Below are positions 1-11,316 of a stretch of DNA of 64,000 bases, in pieces. The stretch is from Gemmatimonadota bacterium (GTDB taxonomy: Bacteria > Gemmatimonadota > Gemmatimonadetes > Gemmatimonadales > GWC2-71-9). Location: the NCBI GenBank assembly GCA_039588295.1, contig JBDHAB010000002.1, positions 96,001-160,000 of the forward strand, written 5' to 3'. The translations under genes and the position numbers were made by a program. The stretch's first letter is position 1, and every line of letters begins with the position of its first letter. Below the pieces are notes generated by a model. It searched no databases and was not told the DNA's origin. It saw nothing but the letters and a program-made list of their open reading frames with translations.

Positions 1-1
1 T

Positions 2-1099
2 GAACCCGCTCTCCGCTTCCGCATATCGAGACTGTCGCAGGTAGACGACTCGCGTCGTATGTCCGTAGTACCCTCCCCCACTCACCAGAATGTGCCTCAC
101 CCGACTGTCGTCGATCACCTGCAGGTTGTGCTCGTGGCCCGACGCGTAGAACAGCGGGACTCGCTCGGCAAACGCCGCGCTCAGGGAATCGAGCATCGCA
201 ATGTACGCGTCGCCGGAGAGATCCTGTGCCGAAATACCGGAGGCGCGGGCCAATGGATACAGAGAACCCACGATCGGTAGCGGGACCCACAGCCATGACT
301 TGAGAGCCCGCAGCGGAAACAGGTGGTCCAGGATGCCGAAATGCCCACCGTGGATTCCCCCGGAGGCCATGGGGTGGTGGGCGAGAATCCCGACGACCCT
401 GTCTCCCGCTCGCCGGAGCAGCGTGCGCACCGAGTCTGTGACCTCACCCGGTGCGTCGGCCCGACAGTCCGACGTTGGGTCCGTGGGTTTCTCACCGGGG
501 TGAAGCCACCACTGTGTGTCCAGCGCGATCAGCCGCAGCCATTCACCGACGTCGACCGCGACCGGCCCCGGACAGCCTCCGCTCGGCTGGAGGCTGATTC
601 GTGCATTCCCCTGGGCGGCGAGGAACTCCTGCTGACGCCGGATGGTGTTCCACCCGTCGTCTCCTGATTCCGCCCAATCATGGTTGCCGGGAACGAAAAT
701 GCCACGCGCTCCGTCCACGACCACGTCGACCTGCGCGGCAAGCCGTCGCTCTGCCAGCTTCCGGTTGGGAGAACCGGTCGGAGGAAGCCCCGCTGGATAC
801 ACATTGTCGCCCAAGAACACGACGACGCTCCGGTCTGGCTGCTCACCGACGGCCGCCGCCGCCGCCAGCAGCACCAGATCGCCGCTCAAGTTCGGCTTCC
901 CGGCGTCGCCCACCAGAAACACCGTCACGTCAATCGAGTCGGAAGCCGGTGCCGGCGCAGGCGGCGTGACAAGCCTGGGTTGCGACTGGCACGACGCAAC
1001 AACGAGAACACCGGTAGCGAGCGCTGCGATGCGTGCGATTGTCGCATGCGGCGCGTACCGGGTCACCGCAGATCCTCGTCGCAATCTCGTGTCAGTCAT
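2..1099 (-). CDS. Calcineurin-like metallophosphoesterase, probable lipoprotein; runs off the window start
   Basis: Manual translation (absent from ORF track because it lacks a stop): ATG at 1097-1099 overlaps the upstream TGA; motifs VGDAG, FLGDNVY, PGNHDW, AHHP, SGHEH; signal peptide ending VVASC. Confidence 0.85.
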   Translation of the reverse strand, partial: MTDTRLRRGSAVTRYAPHATIARIAALATGVLVVASCQSQPRLVTPPAPAPASDSIDVTVFLVGDAGKPNLSGDLVLLAAAAAVGEQPDRSVVVFLGDNVYPAGLPPTGSPNRKLAERRLAAQVDVVVDGARGIFVPGNHDWAESGDDGWNTIRRQQEFLAAQGNARISLQPSGGCPGPVAVDVGEWLRLIALDTQWWLHPGEKPTDPTSDCRADAPGEVTDSVRTLLRRAGDRVVGILAHHPMASGGIHGGHFGILDHLFPLRALKSWLWVPLPIVGSLYPLARASGISAQDLSGDAYIAMLDSLSAAFAERVPLFYASGHEHNLQVIDDSRVRHILVSGGGYYGHTTRVVYLRQSRYAEAESGF

Positions 1100-2379
1100 G
1101 CGGTGGTTCCCGCCTCGTGCGCAGCCCGACCCCGGAACCCGGCCTCGAAGTCTCGGCCCGCGGGATGCTGGAATACGCGGAGACCGAATTCCGGGGCAAT
1201 GGCGAGAATGTGATCGAACACGTCTGACTGGATGCCCTCGTAATCCACCCACCCGATCACGTTGGAGAACGCGTAGACCTCGAGCGGCAGGCCGTCGGGT
1301 GTTGGATCGCGTTGACGTACCATGAGCGTCATGCCTTTGTGCGTCTCGGAACGTTGCCGCAGATAGTTCACGACATACGCCCGAAACGTCCCGATGTTCG
1401 TGAGACGGCGTGCATTGACGACCAACTCGGGTTCGGTCGGCTGCGGAGCCGCAGCCAACTCGGCTCTCTTGCCTCGGATGTACTCCCGAAGCAGTGCGAA
1501 GTTCTCGAACCGGTCGAGGTCGTCCGCACTCAGGAACCTGATGGTGTTCATGTCGATATGAATCGAGCGCTTGATCCTCCTCCCACCGGATTCCGACATG
1601 CCGCGCCAGTTCTTGAACGAACCTTCAATCAGCTTGTGCGTGGGAATCGTCGTGATCGTCTTGTCCCAGTTCTGCACCTTGATGGTGTGCAGAGCGATGT
1701 CGATCACATCGCCGTCGGCGCCGAACTCCGGAACCTCGATCCAATCGCCAACCCGCACCATGTTGTAGCTCGCCAACTGGAGACTGGCAACGAACGACAG
1801 GATCGTATCCCGGAAGATCAACAGAATCACGGCGGTCATCGCACCGACGCCACTCAGGAACAGCAGCGGTGACCGGTCGATGAGCGTCGAGATGATCACG
1901 ATCGCGCCGATGATATACATCACCAGCTTCGCGATCTGGACGTATCCCTTGATGGGGCGGTTTTCGAATCGGGGTGTTGCGGCGTAGAGCGCGTTGACGG
2001 CGGAGAGGAACGCTCCGACACTGCTCAGCAGCACGAGGACGATCGTGGCCGCCGCCACCCGTGTAATCACACTGCTCACCGAAGTCGGCAGGTTCGGAAG
2101 CAGTAGCACGCCGTAGTACACCGTGAGCGCCGGCGCCAGGTGGGCGAGGCGCGTGAACACACGGTGCTCGAGCAGCACGTCGTCCCAGCGGAACGCCGTA
2201 CCACGCACGAGGCGACTGATCACCGCGAGCAGCAGCTGCCTGGCGATCTTGTCAGCCAGATAAGCGGCGAGAGCGAGCAGGAGCAGACCCGCCACCTGCG
2301 CCGCCACCGTCGGCTCCCCGAGCCAGTCCAGCACTGAGGATCCCAAGGTTGTTTCGCTCTCCTGCAGAGCCGAGATCAT
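1096..2379 (-). CDS. Mechanosensitive ion channel, MscS family (YbdG-like)
   Basis: N-terminal TM helices; VRVGDWIEVP..ADGDVIDIALHTIKVQNWDKTITTIP, NWRGMSESGGRRIKRS. Confidence 0.92.
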   Translation of the reverse strand: MISALQESETTLGSSVLDWLGEPTVAAQVAGLLLLALAAYLADKIARQLLLAVISRLVRGTAFRWDDVLLEHRVFTRLAHLAPALTVYYGVLLLPNLPTSVSSVITRVAAATIVLVLLSSVGAFLSAVNALYAATPRFENRPIKGYVQIAKLVMYIIGAIVIISTLIDRSPLLFLSGVGAMTAVILLIFRDTILSFVASLQLASYNMVRVGDWIEVPEFGADGDVIDIALHTIKVQNWDKTITTIPTHKLIEGSFKNWRGMSESGGRRIKRSIHIDMNTIRFLSADDLDRFENFALLREYIRGKRAELAAAPQPTEPELVVNARRLTNIGTFRAYVVNYLRQRSETHKGMTLMVRQRDPTPDGLPLEVYAFSNVIGWVDYEGIQSDVFDHILAIAPEFGLRVFQHPAGRDFEAGFRGRAAHEAGTTA

Positions 2380-3593
2380 CGTTTCCCTCCGTCACCGATG
2401 ACAGCCACCACGCGACGAGATCCCGCCAACCTCGGGTGGGAACCGCCCGCAAGCGCTACGCCGAAATGGACTCGGAAGAACACATCCAGCGCTGCGGCCA
2501 ACGCGTCTCCAAAGGCCTCATGACTACTCGCACTGTCGCGCACACCGTCGAAATTAGCCTCCAATTGCAGCGCGCTGACCGTTCCATCATCGCGAGAGCC
2601 GTGTCGTTTGGTGCTGTATCCCCCACTGTAGTATGGTGCTCCTCCCGGATGCCGGAACCGAGCACTCGGCACAGCCGGAAACCCACGGTCGGCCAAGAGG
2701 CTGCCGAGACTCGACGGCCCGCGAACGATCGCAGCCAGCCCGGAGTCGGAGTGCGCAACGAGCTCCCGCAGACTGCTCTTCTCCGCGAACGCCGAGAGAC
2801 TCAATTCCGAATCCGGAAGCTCGAGGTCCGTCGAACTCAGAAGATACCCCAGCTCGAGACGCTGCAACGCATGGCCGTGACCGTGCACGTCGATGTACAG
2901 GCCGCGTCCGTACTGCTCCGCAACCGAGGCCGTTGCCTTATCGACAAACCCATGGTACTCACTCCAGGCCCACTCGGCGAACGGATGTCCCTGCGCAGCC
3001 TCAACGACCTCTCGGTTGGGATCCAGCTTGCGACGATGCAGATGAGAGATGATCAGGTGGATTTGCCGTCCCGTACGTAGGCGCACTGCCTTCGCCACGG
3101 CACGAGCGAGTTCACGCGTATTGCGATCCCGCCCCGTCGTACCGTACGAACGGTCGGGCAGTTCCAGAGGTTCCAGCCCTCCTCCGTGCGGCGCCGAGAC
3201 CACGATGGGAACGTCACCCACAATGTACTCGATGTATCCGTGGCGACCGAGATAGCGCTCGCCAACCTCGAACTGATACCCGGGCGGGAGGTACACCTCG
3301 AGGCGTGCGGTATCCGACACGGGTCCGGCGCTGGCAATGATGTCGGTGACCCCCTGAGCCCGGGCAGTGGCGAGCCCGTGCGGATCGACGGAAGCGACCG
3401 TCGGGTCTCCGCTTTGCCAGCTGACGAATGCGCCGGGCAGCACGGCACCTGCGGCATCTTCGACTCGCGTTCGGAACCGTACCAGGGCACCGGCCTCAGT
3501 CGCGAGCACCAAGCCCGGTGTGATGACGACACGGGCGGGAACGGGCGGGGCCAACTCGCCACATGCGAGCAGGCCACCCTCGCCCAAGAGCAC
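2376..3593 (-). CDS. Lipoprotein with Ig-like domain and N-formylglutamate amidohydrolase-like domain; start uncertain
   Basis: LLAC lipobox; Ig-like WQSGDPTVASVD; SAPHGG, KLDPNR, IDVHGH, LQLE motifs. The frame is open to 3740 but would then overlap the upstream gene. Confidence 0.65.
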   Translation of the reverse strand: MLLGEGGLLACGELAPPVPARVVITPGLVLATEAGALVRFRTRVEDAAGAVLPGAFVSWQSGDPTVASVDPHGLATARAQGVTDIIASAGPVSDTARLEVYLPPGYQFEVGERYLGRHGYIEYIVGDVPIVVSAPHGGGLEPLELPDRSYGTTGRDRNTRELARAVAKAVRLRTGRQIHLIISHLHRRKLDPNREVVEAAQGHPFAEWAWSEYHGFVDKATASVAEQYGRGLYIDVHGHGHALQRLELGYLLSSTDLELPDSELSLSAFAEKSSLRELVAHSDSGLAAIVRGPSSLGSLLADRGFPAVPSARFRHPGGAPYYSGGYSTKRHGSRDDGTVSALQLEANFDGVRDSASSHEAFGDALAAALDVFFRVHFGVALAGGSHPRLAGSRRVVAVIGDGGKR

Positions 3594-3639
3594 GGCGGCG
3601 ACACCCAGCCACCGTCGAAGAAGCGCGCCGCCAGAGTGA

Positions 3640-4179
3640 TCAGGTCGGCGTGGATTCGAGCTGCCGAACCTGCCGCAGCGCACCGACGAACTGCTCCGTC
3701 GCCTTCTCGAGATATTCATTGACCTCGTCGATGTAACCATCCGCCGAGGCGGACCACACGCGATTGAGATACCGCTCGCCCGTCGCGAAATAGTTCATCA
3801 CATCGGCATAGGCCTGCAGCCCATGCACGTGCGCGATACTCTCTCTCGCCTCGACGAACGTGTTGAGGTCGTCCGGGAACAACGCATCAATCCGCAGCCG
3901 CGCTTCGTACGGATCGAGCGAGTCCTTGGTCCTGTTCATGCGCTCGAGGTTTCCCACCACCCGCTCGAGGCTGTCTCCGATGGCCTGCATGTTGGAAGTG
4001 AGCTTCCCTTCCGCTCTCGCCTCGCGCCGCATGCTGATGCGAACAACGGCGATGCCAAGCACCCCGACCACGAGCGCGGCAGCGAAACTCCCCCAGCGCA
4101 CCAGCTCCTCATCCAACACGGTGGTCAGGGCACCTGCGAGGAATGCAAGCGAGATCAGCACATATCCGAGTCGTTTCAT
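3640..4179 (-). CDS. Membrane protein, two N-terminal TM helices and a helical soluble domain
   Basis: ATG at 4179 after GGGGGAC; MKRLGYVLISLAFL; co-oriented with the OPT gene. Confidence 0.75.
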   Translation of the reverse strand: MKRLGYVLISLAFLAGALTTVLDEELVRWGSFAAALVVGVLGIAVVRISMRREARAEGKLTSNMQAIGDSLERVVGNLERMNRTKDSLDPYEARLRIDALFPDDLNTFVEARESIAHVHGLQAYADVMNYFATGERYLNRVWSASADGYIDEVNEYLEKATEQFVGALRQVRQLESTPT

Positions 4180-4189
4180 CTCGTCCCCC

Positions 4190-5938
<1,749 letters not shown>

Positions 5939-6016
5939 GTCCCATCCTTTCGTCAGAGAAGCCTGGCATTGCGACGACGACGCGAGGGGCCCCGCGGTCC
6001 CTCGCCACCGCTGCTG

Positions 6017-6232
6017 CTATGACCCACCCGAGCCGTCCCGCGCGCCCATCTCGTCCACCAACCACCTTGCGCGCTCGGCATCGGCGTCGTGCACAACACA
6101 TACGGTGGGGTACGGTCGCGTCGTGACAGGCATGGGATCGGCCCGCACGACGGCGTCGATCCCCTCCTGCGCGAGCATCTCACATACAAACTGCGCGTCG
6201 ACGGGATCCTTTGCGACGTAGACTTCCTTCAC
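6017..6232 (-). CDS. Small DUF2007-like (putative signal-transducing) protein
   Basis: GTG after GGAGG; VYVAKDPVDAQFVCEMLAQEGIDAVV...V.DADAERAR pattern. Confidence 0.7.
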   Translation of the reverse strand: MKEVYVAKDPVDAQFVCEMLAQEGIDAVVRADPMPVTTRPYPTVCVVHDADAERARWLVDEMGARDGSGGS

Positions 6233-6246
6233 ACCGCCTCCGATCG

Positions 6247-7104
6247 TCAAATTGGCCGGCTCGCACCGCTCGAAGCATAACCACCCGCACCCCGCTCCAA
6301 TCGCTCGCCGCAGAACTTACAGTGCACCGCATCCGGGTCGTGACCGACCTCGCCGCAATCCGGACAACGGCGGGGCGGCGGGCGGCGTTCCCGGGCGCGG
6401 GACAATTCGATCGTCACGATGCCGGTGGGCACAGCGATAATCGAGTAACCCAACATCATGATCACGGCAGCGACGGTCTGGCCAAGGTTCGTTTGGGGCG
6501 AGATATCGCCGTATCCTACGGTCGTGAGCGTCACGATGGTCCAGTAGACGCTGCGCGGGATGCTGGTGAACCCGGATTGCTCCCCTTCGATGATGTACAT
6601 CACGGACCCGAGGATCACGGCCAGCACCAACACCGCCAGGAGAAACACGGTGATCTTGCGTCGGCTCTCACGCATCGCCGTCATCAGTGTGTCGGCTTCA
6701 CCCACGTACTTGACCAGTTTGAGCACCCGGTAGACCCGTAGCACACGGAGTATCCGGATGACCAGCAGATACTGGCTGCCTGGTATGAGGACGCTGACAT
6801 AGGTCGGGAGAATCGCGAGCAGGTCCACGATCCCGAAGAAGCTCCGCGCGTATCGTCCGGCATTCCGAGCGCAGAGGAGCCGCAGAACATACTCCGCGGT
6901 GAACAGGACCGTGAAGCCCCACTCGGCGGCATAGAGCAGATCACCGGAGGTCGCATGGATGGACTCGACCGTATCGAGCATGACCGCAATGACGCTGGCA
7001 ACGATGCTGACAATCAAGGCAACGTCGAACAGCTTCCCGCCACGGGTGTCGTGCTGGAAGATGATCCGATAGAGCTCGCGTCTCCACGCTGCCCGGTCAC
7101 TCAT
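6247..7104 (-). CDS. Voltage-gated potassium channel-like ion transporter
   Basis: S4-like RILRVLRVYRVLK, selectivity filter TTVGYGD, C-terminal CPDC..CKFC zinc ribbon; alternative start 7119. Confidence 0.92.
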   Translation of the reverse strand: MSDRAAWRRELYRIIFQHDTRGGKLFDVALIVSIVASVIAVMLDTVESIHATSGDLLYAAEWGFTVLFTAEYVLRLLCARNAGRYARSFFGIVDLLAILPTYVSVLIPGSQYLLVIRILRVLRVYRVLKLVKYVGEADTLMTAMRESRRKITVFLLAVLVLAVILGSVMYIIEGEQSGFTSIPRSVYWTIVTLTTVGYGDISPQTNLGQTVAAVIMMLGYSIIAVPTGIVTIELSRARERRPPPRRCPDCGEVGHDPDAVHCKFCGERLERGAGGYASSGASRPI

Positions 7105-7120
7105 GGCATCGGCTTGCATC

Positions 7121-7273
7121 TCACGACTCCGGTTGCCCACGTTGGCCCGACGCCAGCCCACTCGGGCCGGGCGGGGAACGTGACGAATCCTCGGTGTTCA
7201 GCGCGTTCCGATCTCCCGGCTGGCATCCCGCCAGGGCGAGGAGACCGAGACCAACGGCAGGAGTGCCTTTCAT
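7121..7273 (-). CDS. Putative small lipoprotein (50 aa)
   Basis: MKGTPAVGLGLLALAGC canonical lipobox, then a low-complexity tail. Confidence 0.4.
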   Translation of the reverse strand: MKGTPAVGLGLLALAGCQPGDRNALNTEDSSRSPPGPSGLASGQRGQPES

Positions 7274-7555
7274 CCGAGCACCGGTGGGTCCACGGTCAGC
7301 GGGTAAGCTGTGGTCGGGTTGCGTGTGCTGCAAGATGAGGACGGCTCACACCGGCAGCCAGGTCTCGAGGTGCGGAACGGTCAGGTGCCGGGATGAGCAC
7401 CTAGGCTGACGACAGGTTCAACAGTACTTTGGTACTTTCTGGGTACCCCGCGGCCGCAGCGGATCGGGGCTGGCCTGCTCTGGGACTATCGGCGAGCTCG
7501 CCACGAGCAGCGGTATCCGGAAGCGTACAGCGACCTTGAGTCAGGAGGTGAACCG

Positions 7556-8266
7556 ATGCGGCCATTCTCCTTGGGCGTCACGACGCTCGTGCAAGGCGTC
7601 TACGCCCTGTTGTGGGTAGTCGTGCTCCTCGATGTCGCGTCGCCGACGTTCGACCTTCGTGGCTTCCCTGACTGGACGGGGGTACAGGCCGGGGTTGCAG
7701 CGGTCGTGCTGTTCACCGCCTCGGTGGCGCTCGGCGTCGTCATGCACACTGTCTCGAGGCGCCTCTTCCATCACCTCAAGGAGTCGTGGGCGCTCACGGT
7801 CCTGTCGAGTGCGGCGGTTCGGCGCCGGTTCGCCTCGTTGGAATCGGTCGAGACGGTCCCTGGAGGACTGAAGTACAAAGATATCCTCAACGACGAGACC
7901 GCAGATCGCGTACGTCAAGCCGGCGAATTTCTGCACGCGCTCGAGTACCAGCTCATGACACGAGCGCTTGACGTCTACCAAACGATACAGGTCTACCGCG
8001 ATCAGTACCGGCTGGCGCGCGGCTTCATTCTACCGTCGGCCGCGTTCGCCATCGTGCTTCCTCTGTGGGATCCGGTGCGGGCGTTAGACGGCGCGGGGTT
8101 CATCGGACCATTCCCGATCATCCGAACGCAGCTGTTCCTGCTGAGCGTCCTTGCCGCCGCCGTCAGCTATGTGGCGTTCCGTGAGCGGTCGTACCGCTAC
8201 GCCGCCGCCAAGGCGCTCGCGTTCGCGACGCTCGAGGGGCTGCGGGCTAAGAACAGGAAGCCGTAG
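7556..8266 (+). CDS. Hypothetical membrane protein
   Basis: Strong SD AGGAGGT before ATG; about four hydrophobic helices. Confidence 0.75.
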   Translation: MRPFSLGVTTLVQGVYALLWVVVLLDVASPTFDLRGFPDWTGVQAGVAAVVLFTASVALGVVMHTVSRRLFHHLKESWALTVLSSAAVRRRFASLESVETVPGGLKYKDILNDETADRVRQAGEFLHALEYQLMTRALDVYQTIQVYRDQYRLARGFILPSAAFAIVLPLWDPVRALDGAGFIGPFPIIRTQLFLLSVLAAAVSYVAFRERSYRYAAAKALAFATLEGLRAKNRKP

Positions 8267-8377
8267 CTACGGCCTTGGTGCCGGAGGCATCCCGCCGGGT
8301 CCTCTTCCGCGCTTGCGGGTTGGCGTGTTACGTTGTCCGCCCCGTTCTTCGGTGCGGTTCTCTCGGTGCATTGAACG

Positions 8378-8761
8378 ATGCTGGCGCACAAGCACGACGG
8401 CTTTACGCTGATCGAGGTCCTGATCGTGATGGTGATCATCGGCCTCTTGGCGACGATCGTGATTCCCCGGTTCGGGGCGTCTAAGGAGAAGGCCCTCCTC
8501 ACGTCGATGAAGGCCGATCTGCGCAACCTCGCGATGCAGCAAGAGAGCTACGTGATCGAGAATCACGCCTACACCACGAGTTTTCCCGCGACCCTGTTTC
8601 GCCTGACCGCCAGTGTGACCGGACCAACGATCGCACTCACGGGCAACGGCTGGACGGCATACGTCGGGCATACCGGAACCACCAAGACTTGCGCCATCTT
8701 CATGGGATCGACGCCCCTTGCGCCCGCCACCAAGGAGGGCGTCCCGGACTGCACTCCGTAA
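8378..8761 (+). CDS. Type IV pilin-like protein (prepilin cleavage/methylation motif)
   Basis: G|FTLIEVLIVMVIIGLLATIVIP with Glu5; C-terminal Cys pair. Confidence 0.9.
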   Translation: MLAHKHDGFTLIEVLIVMVIIGLLATIVIPRFGASKEKALLTSMKADLRNLAMQQESYVIENHAYTTSFPATLFRLTASVTGPTIALTGNGWTAYVGHTGTTKTCAIFMGSTPLAPATKEGVPDCTP

Positions 8762-8790
8762 CACCGCCGACGCACACGTAGCCTCACACA

Positions 8791-8821
8791 AGGGGCCCGA
8801 TGTAAGACGCATCGGGCCCCT
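8791..8821. terminator. Hairpin between converging pilin and aminopeptidase genes
   Basis: AGGGGCCCGATG-N7-CATCGGGCCCCT perfect 12-bp inverted repeat; weak U tract. Confidence 0.65.
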
Positions 8822-8873
8822 GTGGTTGTACGAAACTCGGTACTGACGCGCAGTACCGGCCCGCCCTATCACA

Positions 8874-10958
8874 TCACTGTTCGTCGCTCCCGTAACAGGG
8901 TAACCCGCCGCGGCGCATCATTACCCCGCCACCCGCAGCCTGTGCGGCCGCGAATGCCGTATCCCGCGGCCACATGTTGTCGGTCACATCCCCGTCGGGG
9001 AACCGACAGCGCGGATCGAGGATGATCTTCTCGATCGGACGCGAACCGAAATCGAGCACAGCCTCGAACGTACGGCTGCCCGAAAACCACACACCCACCG
9101 GGTAGGTCACGATCGCAGTGACGTCATCGATCATCGTGCTGTTCGCCATCGGCGTGATGGCCGGGCCCCGCGGGGCAAACCGGACCTTCAACACGACAGG
9201 CGACGGCATCTGCCCGTCCTGGCGGACGGTCACCTTCGTGTGGGAGCCCGCAGTGGCAACCTGCTGAATCGATCCGTCCACCGATTCCGTCGTGAAGAGC
9301 CAGTAGTACCAGAACCACCCAAGATCCTGGCCGAGGGCGTTGGTCATGAAGAACGCATAGTCCCACGGGGACGGGTGCTTGAACTGCCATGCTTTCGCGT
9401 ACTCGCTCATCGCGTTCCACACGACGGTATCACCGACGATCCCGCCCAACATCGAGAGCATGAGCGACGCCTTCTGGTAGGCCTGGAACCCATACATCGG
9501 CCCGCCGTAGTTGGCGTTCCACATCAGCGGTCCTTCGGTCTCCTCGCCGCTGATCCGGCCGTACATCTGCCCCCACCCGTCGAGGTTCGGTACTTCACCC
9601 TCCCGGTGCGCGCGGGAGAGGAGGTTCATGTAACTGTCGAACCCTTCGTCCATGAACCCGTACCACGTTTCGTTCACGCCGACCATCATCGGCCACCACT
9701 CGTGGCCGACCTCGTGGTCCGCGGCCCCTGTGGCTGACATGAGGAACATCGGGTATTCCATTCCGCGCTCAGGGCCGTCGGCGAGGGTGAGCTGTGGGAA
9801 TGCGTACGGCATCCAGAGGGCCGAGTAGAACTCGAGGGCGTGCCGCGAGCGCGATCCGGCTTCGGCGTAGCTCTCAACACTGCCCGGCAGGTAGAGGATG
9901 TGTACCGGTACCGCTCCAACCTCCGGGATCGTGGCACGGGTCGCATCCCAGACATACTGGTCCGACGCTGCCCAGGCGAAGTCGTTCACATTCTCGGCCA
10001 CGAAGCGCCACTGGAGCCGGTCACCCGCCGCTGTGGCCTTCCCCGGTCCACGTTCATCCGCACCAACGATCACGCGAACCGAGTCCGAGTCGAGCACGTG
10101 GGCCAACCGCTCGCGCGCGGTCGCCGTCAGAACCTGTTCAGGATTCTGCAGCACCCCCGTAGCGCCAACGAGCCATCCGGCCGGGACGTCGATCGTGACA
10201 TCGAACCGCCCGAAGTTGTTGTAGAACTCCGAAGGGCCGAGGTACGGTTCCGTGTCCCAACCGCGAAGATCGTCGTACACGGCGACGCGGGGGTACCACT
10301 GCGCAACCTGGAACAGTGAGTCGCCCCAGCTGCCCATCCGGATGCCCCGCCCACTCGGAACGTGCGGGACCTTGAAGCTCCACTCCACCTCGAGGGTGGC
10401 GCTGCCCTGTGCGGCAATCGGCTCGGGCAGCGTGATGCTGGCCGTCGTCCCGTCGAGACCGTACGCGGCCAGCGTGGCCTCCGGTGGCTGTCCACCCCGG
10501 AACCGCCGCGGGGGCGGATTCAGATCGACGGTCTCGCCGTCGAGCGTCAGTTTCGCAATCGGCATGCCGTCGGTGATCTCGGGCGCAGGCCTGAGCCTTG
10601 GCACGTTGGCCGCAAAGATGTTCTGGTCGAGGCGCAGGCGCAGCGCCGTGAGCGGGTTATCGCTGGTGTTGTGGATCATCACGGTCTCGCGGCCGGTGAC
10701 CCGCGACGTTGCGGGGTCCAGGTGCGCGTGGATCGTATAATCCACCTTCAGCTGCCAATAGCTCGGACCGGGGCGCCCGGTCGAGTCCCGGGTTCCCGCG
10801 GCGAACGCCTGGCGGATGCTGTTGGTGAGCGGAATGTCACGTCGGATGGCGCGCTCCGGCGGCGCAGCCGGTTTCCCGGTGGTTTGTGCCGCCGCAGGCG
10901 GGGGAACGATGGTCACGCCAGCGACGAGCGACAACGCAACGAAGAATCGGATGATCAT
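8874..10958 (-). CDS. Secreted M1 family zinc aminopeptidase
   Basis: Signal peptide; GMEYP; HEVGH-X18-E; YQKAS. Confidence 0.88.
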   Translation of the reverse strand: MIIRFFVALSLVAGVTIVPPPAAAQTTGKPAAPPERAIRRDIPLTNSIRQAFAAGTRDSTGRPGPSYWQLKVDYTIHAHLDPATSRVTGRETVMIHNTSDNPLTALRLRLDQNIFAANVPRLRPAPEITDGMPIAKLTLDGETVDLNPPPRRFRGGQPPEATLAAYGLDGTTASITLPEPIAAQGSATLEVEWSFKVPHVPSGRGIRMGSWGDSLFQVAQWYPRVAVYDDLRGWDTEPYLGPSEFYNNFGRFDVTIDVPAGWLVGATGVLQNPEQVLTATARERLAHVLDSDSVRVIVGADERGPGKATAAGDRLQWRFVAENVNDFAWAASDQYVWDATRATIPEVGAVPVHILYLPGSVESYAEAGSRSRHALEFYSALWMPYAFPQLTLADGPERGMEYPMFLMSATGAADHEVGHEWWPMMVGVNETWYGFMDEGFDSYMNLLSRAHREGEVPNLDGWGQMYGRISGEETEGPLMWNANYGGPMYGFQAYQKASLMLSMLGGIVGDTVVWNAMSEYAKAWQFKHPSPWDYAFFMTNALGQDLGWFWYYWLFTTESVDGSIQQVATAGSHTKVTVRQDGQMPSPVVLKVRFAPRGPAITPMANSTMIDDVTAIVTYPVGVWFSGSRTFEAVLDFGSRPIEKIILDPRCRFPDGDVTDNMWPRDTAFAAAQAAGGGVMMRRGGLPCYGSDEQ

Positions 10959-11197
10959 GTGAGCTCCGAATTGGATATGGAGTGCCGTGCCGGCTTTGAG
11001 CCGCACCTAGAAATAACACCGTCGGTATGACTGAGGGAGTGCAAGCAGCCTGCGCATACGCGGAGACGAGGCGCAGCCCGGATGCACGTCCCCGAAGCAG
11101 CCCATGAAATGAACCTACGCTCGCACCCCACTGAGCCCCGTCCCCCGGGGGAAAGCCTATGGCGGCAACGGGTTGGACTGTACTTTACCCACAGACC

Positions 11198-11279
11198 GCG
11201 GCCGTGGCGGAATGGCAGACGCGCCAGCCTTAGGAGCTGGTGGGGTTTCCCCGTGTGGGTTCGAGTCCCTCCGGCCGCA
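11198..11279 (+). tRNA. tRNA-Leu(TAG), CCA not encoded
   Basis: Acceptor stem GCGGCCG/CGGCCGC, D loop GGAATGGCAGAC, anticodon arm CCAGC-CTTAGGA-GCTGG, long variable arm, T loop TTCGAGT. Confidence 0.95.
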
Positions 11280-11316
11280 CTACCCCTCTGACTCGCGAAC
11301 CTACTACGACCTGACG

